62,944 nucleotides of DNA, taken from the NCBI GenBank assembly GCA_964503195.1, contig CAZCZK010000001.1, forward strand, positions 1 through 62,944, given 5' to 3'. The position numbers and the translations under genes were made by a program. Each line of letters starts with the position of its first letter. The stretch's first letter is position 1. Shown here in pieces: positions 50,290-59,721 of the stretch. This stretch comes from an uncultured Methanoregula sp. GTDB lineage: Archaea; Halobacteriota; Methanomicrobia; Methanomicrobiales; Methanospirillaceae. The notes beneath the pieces were generated by a model. That model did not search any database. It was given only the letters and a program-made list of their open reading frames with translations, and was not told where the DNA came from.

Positions 50290-51447
50290 GTGAGCGAACG
50301 ATTGAATAGCATTCACCGGGTGATTATCCCCCGCGGGGAGCATTTTGTCGCACTTGCCATTGTCCGTTCATTGGGCAAAAAACGATTGAATACAGCCGTC
50401 GTTTCCGATTACCCGAGTGCGATGGCGTTGAATTCAAAATATTGCAATACCAAGATTGTATCAGATAAGTCCCAAGACCTGTATAAATCATTTTCAAAAA
50501 ATGACATGATAATGCCAACTGGTGAGGATTTGATGATAGAATTGTCCAATAACCGGCAGAAATATCAATGTTTACTTGCATTTCCGGCATATCAGGTTCT
50601 GAACCATGCATTCGATAAAAAGTGTATATTGGAGGATGCAGAGAAGTTGGGCATTCCTTGTCCTGAAACGATTTTCCCCAAGAATACCGATGACCTTCTG
50701 CATGAACTGGATGAATTAAAATTCCCCTTGGTTATTAAACCAATTCGTGGATTAGGCGGCAGCGGGCTCTCTTTTGTGGATTCAGGCAAGGATGTAATTA
50801 CCACATACGAAAAGACGATAAATAAATTCGGCCAGGTCATGATACAGGAAAAAATTCCCAATATAGAACGATATTCAGTGGCCTGTATCATGAATTTTGA
50901 CCATTGTCTCAGAAAATTCTGTGTATTGAAAGTAGTCCGCCGTTATCCGGTGAATACGGGACCCGCAACAACGGTAGAATCTGTTGACCGTCCTGACCTG
51001 GTTGCCATGGCAGATACTCTGCTACAATCGATCAACTTTTCTGGTGTCGCCGAGGTGGAATTCGTTATTGATCTCCGGGATAACACGCCAAAATTAATGG
51101 AGATAAATCCTCGTTTCTGGGGCTCATTGCAGGGAGCGATAAGTGCCGGTGTGGATTTCCCCTTCCTGTTGTACAAGCTTTTTCAGGAAGGAGATCTCGA
51201 TAAAGATAATCATTATAAAACGGGGGTACGAACAAGAAATGCGATAGCGAATGATTACCGGCAATTATCTTCCATTATCAGGGGAAATTACTCGCTGAAA
51301 TCAAAGGGATCGTCATTGCTTGAATTTTTAAAATTTTACCAGGATGACTCATATTATATTTTTGATTGGGATGATATGAGACCATTCCTCTCGTATAGTT
51401 CGGATTCTGCAAAGAGAATTATAAGAAAAAAACTGCATATCACCTGA
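50290..51447 (+). CDS. ATP-grasp carboxylate-amine ligase, paralog B
   Basis: LAIVRSLG, FPLVIKP..GLGG, EINPRFWGS. Confidence 0.88.
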   Translation: MSERLNSIHRVIIPRGEHFVALAIVRSLGKKRLNTAVVSDYPSAMALNSKYCNTKIVSDKSQDLYKSFSKNDMIMPTGEDLMIELSNNRQKYQCLLAFPAYQVLNHAFDKKCILEDAEKLGIPCPETIFPKNTDDLLHELDELKFPLVIKPIRGLGGSGLSFVDSGKDVITTYEKTINKFGQVMIQEKIPNIERYSVACIMNFDHCLRKFCVLKVVRRYPVNTGPATTVESVDRPDLVAMADTLLQSINFSGVAEVEFVIDLRDNTPKLMEINPRFWGSLQGAISAGVDFPFLLYKLFQEGDLDKDNHYKTGVRTRNAIANDYRQLSSIIRGNYSLKSKGSSLLEFLKFYQDDSYYIFDWDDMRPFLSYSSDSAKRIIRKKLHIT

Positions 51448-51521
51448 GATAGGGTGAAGCGCATCTCCTCCATGGATAATGAAGCAGGGAGTACCTTCTC
51501 CCGATACCGTTTGAAGACCGA

Positions 51522-52595
51522 TCAGTCGACGTCCTTCCTCCCGATAAAACCAGGCAGATATGAAAAAGCCTTGTTTGCCCCCATTCTGAACCGGGAGAAC
51601 TTTTTCAGATATACCATCATGGGAATTTTTTTCGCACCGAACTTTTCTTTATACGCTGCTAGCGAAGAAGTTTGCGTGATCCCCATGTCAAAATATTGAT
51701 ATCCCGCATCACAGGCATAGCGGATGGAGGCGCACATGGGAAGAATATTGTTCTGATACCGCTTGGCTTTGAGGTTATAAGGACCAATGGCCCCATACGC
51801 GGTAGTGGGGGTATAATAGGTTAAGAGAGCTGTTACCGGCTCTGAATCAACGAAACAAACAAAAAGCTTGATTTTATTCCTGAACGTTTTGAGAAGCAGA
51901 TCATAATCTTCCTTTTTGGTGACCAGTCCAAATTTTTTTACCATTTCTATATGCATCTGGGCAAAATCATCAAAAAACGTAAAAGTATCATCAATAATAA
52001 CCTGAGCACCGCATTTTCCGGCATGCCGGATCCGGTTTCTCAGGTTTTTTGTCATAGCGCTGAACATTTTCTCTTTAAACGGTTTTTCTAAGCGCAGAAC
52101 ATAGGTACACGGTAAATTTGTTGAAGAGTTCCCACGCCATGCATAACCATTCTCCATCAACAAGTGCGAGGGTTTCGTGAACACCCCAGAAAACGAAAGA
52201 TGGTCCCGCAAGGAGAAAAATGCATGGCTTTGAGAATAATGAGTATCAATAAAATCCAGGAATGACTGCACCACCAGATTTTTTTCGTTATCCTTCAAAT
52301 TGCTATTCAGTAAAAATCCATCAGAATCTCCTTCTGGGAGCGAGGACAATGAAGGATAGACCGCGCCTGGCAGTTCTACAAGGGGAAATATACCGAGGAT
52401 AGCATCTGTGCTGTCCTGAATGAGAAGGGGGATGTAGCGATTCCTTTTTTTATTCTCATAAATATATTTCCAGTCATAGTAGTGAAAAAAACTCCCGCAT
52501 TCACGGTCCACAAACAGGTTCCATCTGTCTTTGTCATTTTCTGAAGCTATTTGTACATGTACCGACAAATCATTGGCTCCGTTATTCAGATACAC
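51522..52595 (-). CDS. FemAB-like / GNAT protein (paralog of 47447-48490)
   Basis: Shares IASENDK..WN.FVDRE.G, LPCTYVL.LE.PF, YYTPTTAY, ASIRYAC and KEKFG. Confidence 0.85.
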   Translation of the reverse strand: MYLNNGANDLSVHVQIASENDKDRWNLFVDRECGSFFHYYDWKYIYENKKRNRYIPLLIQDSTDAILGIFPLVELPGAVYPSLSSLPEGDSDGFLLNSNLKDNEKNLVVQSFLDFIDTHYSQSHAFFSLRDHLSFSGVFTKPSHLLMENGYAWRGNSSTNLPCTYVLRLEKPFKEKMFSAMTKNLRNRIRHAGKCGAQVIIDDTFTFFDDFAQMHIEMVKKFGLVTKKEDYDLLLKTFRNKIKLFVCFVDSEPVTALLTYYTPTTAYGAIGPYNLKAKRYQNNILPMCASIRYACDAGYQYFDMGITQTSSLAAYKEKFGAKKIPMMVYLKKFSRFRMGANKAFSYLPGFIGRKDVD

Positions 52596-52836
52596 CCTGT
52601 GGCGTGATTATTATTTGTGTCTTTTTTTACTACGAAAAGACCATACATCCACCATAACAGATGAGTAACAAGATTTACCTTTCGGGTTTTCACCGCGGGG
52701 ATCGATAGGGGCAGATAGATCCATTCCAGAATTGCAAACTACCAATCTTTTCGTTGTTCGTGTTGAAAACCCAAAACAGGGTTTTCGCGTGAATGGACTG
52801 GAAAATTTATTTGCCAAAAAAACAACTAAAATAATC

Positions 52837-53973
52837 GTGAGACCGATAATAACTACAAATTCTGATGATCATATCGGCCTTGCTGTTGTCCGATCTCTGG
52901 GGAAAAATAATATCGATTTTCAGGTTGTTTCAAATACCAAAAATACTCTGGCATGGCATTCAAGATTCTGTAAAAAAACGGTCGTTGACCGCAATGATCT
53001 GAGTTTTTTCTCAAAACTTTCTGGAGAAGATGTTGTTTTTCCCATGATCGAAGAAACAATGTTATTCCTCGCAAAAAACAAGTCAAAACTGAAATGCCGG
53101 TTGGGTTTTTCAGAATTTGAGACATTACAGACAACCTGCGATAAATCCCTGTTAATCCAGCATGCAATGGAACATAACATCCCCTGCCCGAAGTCGTTCG
53201 TAATTACACAACCTGAAGATATTCAAGCGTGTATTTCTGCTATTGATTATCCGACAATCCTGAAACCCAGCAGAGGTGCAGGGGGAAAAGGGATCCGGTC
53301 TGTTGAGTCCCCGAATCTGCTACCGGCGATTGCTGAACAATTCCTTAGCGATAATGGCCATTTTTTGTTACAGGAAAAGATCACCTATACTACAAAATAC
53401 ACCATAGGCGCGTTATGCAATTCTGACCACGATCTCAGAAGGGTATGTGTTCTCAAAGAACTGAGAAATTTTCCGGTTGAAACGGGTCAGGCATGTTATG
53501 TCGAAACGGTCAGCGAACCGAAATTGGTAAAATTTGCAGAATCATTGCTCAAATCCCTGAATTTTGTCGGGATTGCGGATATCGATCTTGTCATTGACGC
53601 AAGAGATAATCAGCCAAAATTAATGGAAATAAATCCGAGATTCTGGGGATCCCTGCAGGCAGCCATAAACGCTGGTGTGGATTTTCCCTTCCTTTTGAAT
53701 ACAATGCTTCTGGAAGGGGATATAGAAAAGTCCCTCTCTTATAAGAAAGGATTACGGTGTCGGTATATGATTTATGCTGATCTCAAGCGTTTAGTAAACA
53801 TCCTGCGGAATGATTATCCTATTGAATATAAAAGAAAAGCACTGAGGGATTTTTTCACATTCCCCTCTGATGACAGGTATTACATCTATTCTCAGAGTGA
53901 TATCGCACCGTTTTTTTGGTTGTCGTATATCAAAATAATAAGAAAACTGGGGAATAGAGAAAAGACCTCCTGA
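52837..53973 (+). CDS. ATP-grasp carboxylate-amine ligase, paralog C
   Basis: LAVVRSLG, KPSRGAGG, EINPRFWGS; GTG start chosen by alignment (ORF track start 52732). Confidence 0.87.
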   Translation: MRPIITTNSDDHIGLAVVRSLGKNNIDFQVVSNTKNTLAWHSRFCKKTVVDRNDLSFFSKLSGEDVVFPMIEETMLFLAKNKSKLKCRLGFSEFETLQTTCDKSLLIQHAMEHNIPCPKSFVITQPEDIQACISAIDYPTILKPSRGAGGKGIRSVESPNLLPAIAEQFLSDNGHFLLQEKITYTTKYTIGALCNSDHDLRRVCVLKELRNFPVETGQACYVETVSEPKLVKFAESLLKSLNFVGIADIDLVIDARDNQPKLMEINPRFWGSLQAAINAGVDFPFLLNTMLLEGDIEKSLSYKKGLRCRYMIYADLKRLVNILRNDYPIEYKRKALRDFFTFPSDDRYYIYSQSDIAPFFWLSYIKIIRKLGNREKTS

Positions 53974-53978
53974 AAACT

Positions 53979-54332
53979 TCAAAGAGTTTCTGGTATTGCA
54001 ATCTCTTTTTTTCGCTGACCCCTCCGGGAGGAGAGGAATCTCCTGCCCAACCAGATAAGTGCCGCCAGCGCAGTAAGAAACAGAATGGCGGCAGTACAAT
54101 TGAATGCCGTCGTATTAACACCAAGGAAAATATCGAGGAAAAGAATCGCACATAATGTTGACCCGATACTGATCACGCATGATAACACAATTCTTGTAAC
54201 AGGGGGAATATCTGTAATCCTGGGAAAGAAGACAAACGAAATTGCACACCCGGGGATAAATAATACTAATAAAAAACCAAAAATTATCCTGAAAAATCCT
54301 AAAAGGGTTGAAATCATGTCAGCCATTTCCAA
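53979..54332 (-). CDS. DUF1616 N-terminal-like membrane protein
   Basis: RIIFGFLLVLFIPG....FFP......RIVLS..ISI pattern; about 3 TM only. Confidence 0.72.
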   Translation of the reverse strand: MEMADMISTLLGFFRIIFGFLLVLFIPGCAISFVFFPRITDIPPVTRIVLSCVISIGSTLCAILFLDIFLGVNTTAFNCTAAILFLTALAALIWLGRRFLSSRRGQRKKEIAIPETL

Positions 54333-54368
54333 ATCTCCAGCATTAAAATGTTAAGACCTACCTCTATT

Positions 54369-55364
54369 TTATCCAGGGTAAAATAAACCTATCACACAGA
54401 ATAGTGTTGTAAGAGAATACATACAATAGCCTGCAGTCCTTTCGGTCATCCGGAAATAATACGGGAGCACCCATTTTAACGTCAATGCGTTGGGCACCTC
54501 AAGTGTGCCATCGTCGCGCTCTCTGCCAAATTTTGCGATGGGATATTTTTTGGTATTCAGCCTCCAGTAAACATAGAGAAGAAAGTTTACCGTATGAGGA
54601 ATCAGCATGATAAATCCACTGATAATGAATCCCTGGGTCGCGATCAAACATCCGATTGCAGCACCCACCGACAGGGCACCGATATTTCCCCAGAATATCC
54701 GGGAGGGATATTTCTCAAACAGGAAATATGCTGCCATAGCACCGGTAAGACAGACGATAAACAGACCATTATAAATATTCCCGGAAAAAAATGTTTTGAT
54801 AACAAGGGTTACGAGAATAATCAACGAGAGCCCCGGTGCCAGACCATTAAATCCTGAGTGCATATTCACAAGATTCGCGACAACAGGGACATACGTCGGG
54901 ACAATGATCTGCAGGTAAATAATTGATAAATCCACGCCTCCAAAGAAGGGGAAAAGAATGAAGGTGGTGGTAATAAACGGTATCAATGGATAGGAGCAGT
55001 AATAGAGAAGGATCAGTTTTACCGGCCTTCCAATATTAATCATATCATCGAGTACCCCGAACAATGCAAAAAGAACTACGACAACGATGATGACGTAGTT
55101 GATCGTGAGTATGTTTTTTGCATAAAAGAGTGTGAGGATTGAAAGGGAAAAAATTGCCACAAGAATAATCAGGAGACCGCCATTCGTTGGGACCGTTGGC
55201 ATTGTTTTTTTGTACATATCCTGAACAACAAATCCGTTCTCTTTGAGTTTCCTGATAATATATGGCATGGAAAATAGAGTGAATACGAAGGGTACCATAA
55301 AAAAAACTATCAGCATCAGATGCAGGTATGCATCAGAACTTTCCAAAAAAGCGAGTGCCATCAA
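54369..55364 (-). CDS. Glycos_transf_4 (GPT/AglH/MraY family) polyprenyl-phosphate HexNAc-1-phosphate transferase
   Basis: DMYK...VPTNGG, GVLDD, ANLVNMHSGFNGL, IFWGNIG (Asn where FxGD is usual); about 10 TM. Confidence 0.88.
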   Translation of the reverse strand: MMALAFLESSDAYLHLMLIVFFMVPFVFTLFSMPYIIRKLKENGFVVQDMYKKTMPTVPTNGGLLIILVAIFSLSILTLFYAKNILTINYVIIVVVVLFALFGVLDDMINIGRPVKLILLYYCSYPLIPFITTTFILFPFFGGVDLSIIYLQIIVPTYVPVVANLVNMHSGFNGLAPGLSLIILVTLVIKTFFSGNIYNGLFIVCLTGAMAAYFLFEKYPSRIFWGNIGALSVGAAIGCLIATQGFIISGFIMLIPHTVNFLLYVYWRLNTKKYPIAKFGRERDDGTLEVPNALTLKWVLPYYFRMTERTAGYCMYSLTTLFCVIGLFYPG

Positions 55365-55462
55365 GTAACCTGATTAAATGGTTTTTCAGTTTCACTATAT
55401 ATTACTATTTAAAAAATCGAATTCCAGAAACATTAAAGAAAATCAAATTAAAAGGATTATTC

Positions 55463-56779
55463 ATGTTTTCGAAAAGATCTCTTGCATTATCAATATCCCT
55501 TACTCTTCTTGTTCTCTTTTTCATTGTTCCTGTTGCCAGTGCCGCTGAACCAATCTGGACATATGCATCCAAGGGAGACGAAATCGGGGGTGTGTCGATC
55601 TCTTCTGATGGTTCAGCTATTGCAGTTGCGGCGGGTAAGATCTGGCAATTTTCCAGGAACGGCACTCTGCTCGGGAAGGAACCTTTTGGAGAACAGGTAG
55701 TTTTTTCTCGTGATGGTTCGTCACTCGTATCATCATACTCATCTACACTCTTTTTGTTTAAAAGAAATTCTTCCCATAAAGAATCCGAACCATTACTTGA
55801 GAAAATATGGGATATTTCACTCCCGGCTACGGTGCAATCTATCGACATTTCTGATGATGGAAACACTATAGTCGCTTCAATAGATAGCGCGGGAACCTAC
55901 ATTTTTTCTTCAACGGGAAAGATCGTCGGGTCGGATAAACGGTACAATAAGCTCATACGAGTATCCTCTTCAGGAACAAGGATTGCCGGAGTTTCAACGG
56001 GGGTCTTATGCCAGTACAGCAGAGCCGGCGTTTGTTCGAAATCCGATGCGGAAATTGTCGGATCCCAGCCAGATGTTATGGAACTAACGAGCGATGGCAT
56101 TATTGCGATATTTAACGATGACCAGAGAGTTCGAAGTGTATTTCTCAATAACAAAACACTGCGCTGGTCCAAGAGGGCGACCGGGGATGTAACCTCGCTT
56201 GCCATTACTCCCGATGGTTCTAAGATCCTCGTAGGTGTCGATAATGGTAATATCGATCTCTTTGATGATCTGGGGAACATCTCATGGAGCTATGCATCCA
56301 ACCCCACAAATAAACAAGCTGCAGGAATAACCAGTGTCGCTCTTTCAAAAGATGCGTCGGTTGCTGTTGCAGGATCACACGATGGGAAAATTTTTGCCTT
56401 AAATTCCAAGGGGGAGGTGATGTGGTCGAACCAGACAAAAGATCATATTACTCACATAGCAATGAGCGCAGATGGTTTGTTTGTTGTTGCCACAGGGGAT
56501 TATTCGGTCTATGCTTTTTCTGGGTCTGCACAACCACCACCAACAGTACGGACACCAATTAAAACAGCAACGCGGGCTCCAGCACAATCTGTCACCACCG
56601 TACAAGAAAATATCACAACGCAGAAACCACTCACCCCCGGGTTTTCTGAAGGGACTGGAGATATTACTGCAGTACCCACGGAATATTCAGTAATCAGAAC
56701 TTCAACGCAGAGTCCGCTTGATGGATTTGTTTCACTGGCGGGATTGTTTGTCGCACTGCTTCTGGCAATTCGGAGATAA
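55463..56779 (+). CDS. Secreted WD40/PQQ-like beta-propeller with C-terminal sorting-type anchor
   Basis: Signal peptide; repeated V.IS.DG blades; Thr/Pro linker; TQSPL + TM + RR. Confidence 0.85.
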   Translation: MFSKRSLALSISLTLLVLFFIVPVASAAEPIWTYASKGDEIGGVSISSDGSAIAVAAGKIWQFSRNGTLLGKEPFGEQVVFSRDGSSLVSSYSSTLFLFKRNSSHKESEPLLEKIWDISLPATVQSIDISDDGNTIVASIDSAGTYIFSSTGKIVGSDKRYNKLIRVSSSGTRIAGVSTGVLCQYSRAGVCSKSDAEIVGSQPDVMELTSDGIIAIFNDDQRVRSVFLNNKTLRWSKRATGDVTSLAITPDGSKILVGVDNGNIDLFDDLGNISWSYASNPTNKQAAGITSVALSKDASVAVAGSHDGKIFALNSKGEVMWSNQTKDHITHIAMSADGLFVVATGDYSVYAFSGSAQPPPTVRTPIKTATRAPAQSVTTVQENITTQKPLTPGFSEGTGDITAVPTEYSVIRTSTQSPLDGFVSLAGLFVALLLAIRR

Positions 56780-57175
56780 TGACGACACATTTCCACGAAC
56801 AGAACAATCAAACTGGTGGTAAATCCGACCATCACCTCATGCCCGACTTTATTTCTTCCCTCGTTCCACCACCATGGATAGGGCACGAGGAGACAGATTT
56901 ATCCCGTTGGTTTTTTCAAAAACAATACGTTCTCTTTGATGTAACCAGGAGGATTTGCCATCATCTCACGGTTTTTTCTGACAGGTTCTTCCTCCGTTTT
57001 TTAACTGGTTATCCATTCCATTTGGAATACGACTGTTTAATTCCTTAATTCCATCATCGGTTTCACCATCATACAGCTCTTTGCTGCTCTTGATAGCGAA
57101 CATACATGCCAGCACTCTGCAAGCAGGAAAAAAGTTATACTATTATTAAAGAATCTGAACAGGAAATTCATAATT

Positions 57176-58615
57176 ATGGTGATGGAAAAAAAAAGGGTTG
57201 TTCCTCTTCTCATTCTTTTTTTTCTCTTATCATCGGTGCTTCCATGCATTGCCGTAGAACCTGCATGGACATTTTCAGATGAGAATAGAAAAATCAATGA
57301 CCTTGCTGTTGCACCAGACGGATCGGCCGTTGTTGTCGGTATGGGAAGGGTGGTGCTTCTTTCACGGAATGGAACAGTTCTTGCAAAAGAACCTTATGGA
57401 GATGTCCTAGCGCAGTCGCGGGATGGTTCTACGATCGCCACCGCATATTCTTCGAGCGATTCCTCAACAGTATACCTTTTTGAGAAACAAACAGCTGCTG
57501 GGGGGTATCCAATCCTGCAGAAATTATGGGATACCGTAACACCGGATAAAGTAGTCTCCTTAGCAGTATCTGACAACGGGGAGCGCATTGCTCTGAGTAG
57601 TGGGGGGATTTCCGGGGTTCACGTATATGCTGGAAAAACGGGAAACCGCGTCGGGCATAGTAATGAGTATTCATCATTGATCGCAATATCCGGCAATGGT
57701 AATACTATCGCCGGAATCTCCATGGTTCAGGGGCTGAAGGTATACAACTTCAGCGGGGATTTCATAATTGATTCCCGGGGGGATTTCATGAATATCTCCA
57801 GCGGAGAGTTTAAAAATAATTCCCGGGGGAATTTCGTGAATATCTCCACTCAAGATTTCATAAAAAAATATGATACAACCCTGTCCGGACAGCCGAATAG
57901 TTTTCATATGGATACCGAAGGAAATATTGCCGTTTTTAATGCAGGTCCGCAGATTATCGCATTCGACGTTGTTAAGGGGGCTGAGTTATGGAGGAGGAAA
58001 TCCACCAGTGATGTAAACATGCTGGCGATGACCCCGTCCGGGAATAATATCGTTGCGGGAAACGAAAATGGAACTATCGAGAACTATGATTCGAAAGGGA
58101 ACCTGGTATGGACATTTTATTCAAACAGCGGGACTGGTAACGGACAAGCGATCAAAGCTGTTTCGATAGCTCGCAATGGATTGAAAATTGTTGCGGGGTC
58201 TGTTGATGGAAAGATCCTCCTCCTTGATTCGGCCGGCAATCTGCTCTGGACATACAATACCGGAAAGGACACGATCCGTAAAGTAGCGATTGCTGCGGAT
58301 GGTTCACTTGCTGTTGCTGCGGGGGATGTTACGCTCTATGCATTCCCTGCTGTCAAACAGAGTACGACCAGGGTGCCAGTATCGACAAGGCTTACGGTGC
58401 CAACAGAACGATCAGTCATACCACAACAACCGGTTGTACCGGAAACCCAAACAATGAACACGACAGAATATTCCGTTATTCGGAAAGCTACCCAAAGCCC
58501 GGCAGAGACTATAATCATTATCACAGCACTTATGATCACGGCGTTTTTTGCTCTCAGAAAAACCAATGAAAGTAGCTACAGCGGTATCTCTGACGCTAAA
58601 GAAGGAAGGGAATAA
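57176..58615 (+). CDS. Secreted WD40/PQQ-like beta-propeller (paralog) with internal 8-aa repeat insert
   Basis: Aligns with 55463-56779 (EP.WT, NGT.L.KEP, TEYSVIR..TQSP + TM + RK). Confidence 0.85.
   Translation: MVMEKKRVVPLLILFFLLSSVLPCIAVEPAWTFSDENRKINDLAVAPDGSAVVVGMGRVVLLSRNGTVLAKEPYGDVLAQSRDGSTIATAYSSSDSSTVYLFEKQTAAGGYPILQKLWDTVTPDKVVSLAVSDNGERIALSSGGISGVHVYAGKTGNRVGHSNEYSSLIAISGNGNTIAGISMVQGLKVYNFSGDFIIDSRGDFMNISSGEFKNNSRGNFVNISTQDFIKKYDTTLSGQPNSFHMDTEGNIAVFNAGPQIIAFDVVKGAELWRRKSTSDVNMLAMTPSGNNIVAGNENGTIENYDSKGNLVWTFYSNSGTGNGQAIKAVSIARNGLKIVAGSVDGKILLLDSAGNLLWTYNTGKDTIRKVAIAADGSLAVAAGDVTLYAFPAVKQSTTRVPVSTRLTVPTERSVIPQQPVVPETQTMNTTEYSVIRKATQSPAETIIIITALMITAFFALRKTNESSYSGISDAKEGRE
57755..57868 (+). 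repeat. In-frame 24-nt tandem repeat (about 4.7 units, 48-nt higher-order period)
   Basis: GGGGATTTCATAATTGATTCCCGG / GGGGATTTCATGAATATCTCCAGC / GGAGAGTTTAAAAATAATTCCCGG / GGGAATTTCGTGAATATCTCCACT. Confidence 0.8.
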
Positions 58616-58861
58616 CATTCTGCTACTTGAAGTAAGGCAACACATTTCCTTCAATGAAGAATTAATACCGATATAGCTGCCTGCCTTTGTGATTTATTTA
58701 AGAGGAAGTCAGTGCATGCATGAGAACTATCGATAACTGGGAATCCCGGGATCTTTTTATGAAAAAATCACTGACACGGGATACGTAGCGAAATCGCATT
58801 ATATTCCAAAGATGTCCAAATCAGGAGTATCATGGATATGATTTTCGCCTTTTAATCATGT

Positions 58862-58957
58862 ACGAGGGGTATTCCTTCATGTCATCCTCGTCGGAAATGG
58901 AGACCCCCGCTCCCTTCCGCCCGGTCCGGGAAGGTGGACCGGATTCTCCGGTCAGCG
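58862..58957. repeat. Cluster of GC-rich hairpins between convergent genes
   Basis: ACGAGG/CCTCGT, CCTTCC/GGAAGG and perfect GACCGGA-TTC-TCCGGTC. Confidence 0.4.
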
Positions 58958-59052
58958 CTGGAGAAGAAGATTATATACGTAAGTGACGAGGGGCTGGTGC
59001 AGAGATGTTCGGGAGACTGTATTTTTACAGAGAGCAAAGAAAATCCAAAAGA

Positions 59053-59550
59053 TTATTGCAGATAGGACAGGACCAGTGATTCTTCCTGAACCTTGTAGGT
59101 CCTGCCGGCACTCGTGAGGTAGACCTGCACGAAATCGGTGCTTCGGGTACCCTCAATGACAAGCTCATCCCCGCGACGGGGCTTTCTGTTGCCGTCGTTC
59201 ATATATTGCTGGATTACCTCTCCGTTACTGAGGGTAACCTTCATCATGATATTCTGGATAAATACCTCACCTTTTCCGCCATTATAGAGCAGGTGGATAG
59301 AGGAGTCGGGACGCTGCTTGGAGAGTACAAGTTCCACATTCTGCTCTGCAGGCAGGGTCTCGACGGGGAGGGGTGTGGTCATAACCGTAGCTTCATACGT
59401 CTGGAGGGTTGGAGTGAGTGTGGCAACAGCGCTGACTGGAGTTTTAATCTCAGTCTCTGTCGGGCTGGTGCAACCAGCAAAGAGCGCACAGAGAACAAGC
59501 CCTGATAAGGTGGATATGACGAGAAGTTTCTGCATACTGAGTGCTTTCAT
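59053..59550 (-). CDS. Putative lipoprotein, unknown function
   Basis: Lipobox FAGC, Thr/Pro linker, beta-rich domain; start MKALSM at 59550. Confidence 0.75.
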   Translation of the reverse strand: MKALSMQKLLVISTLSGLVLCALFAGCTSPTETEIKTPVSAVATLTPTLQTYEATVMTTPLPVETLPAEQNVELVLSKQRPDSSIHLLYNGGKGEVFIQNIMMKVTLSNGEVIQQYMNDGNRKPRRGDELVIEGTRSTDFVQVYLTSAGRTYKVQEESLVLSYLQ

Positions 59551-59721
59551 TTTTGTGTATTTCTGATTTGTGCTCGAATATTCAGGGGAGGAGTATAAAT
59601 CCGCTTTGTTCCGGTTAAATTCCCCCAGAGACGGTTCCGGGCATGAAAACTGAATAAAACAAGAGGATCGAACAGTTAAATTAAAAAGGGCTCCCATATT
59701 AACTTTACATATCAGGAGTAT

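Noticed and set aside
32007-55364. Pseudomurein or peptidoglycan biosynthesis cluster
   Set aside because: No Mur-ligase-family, transpeptidase or transglutaminase-like genes are recognisable; the analogy is only chemical.
56779-57297. ORFs 56779-57048 (+) and 57037-57297 (-) between the propeller genes
   Set aside because: No motifs, atypical composition; the second overlaps a real gene.
57755-57868. Short direct repeats as a possible CRISPR array
   Set aside because: Repeats are contiguous, degenerate, in frame within a CDS and have no spacers; no cas genes are present.
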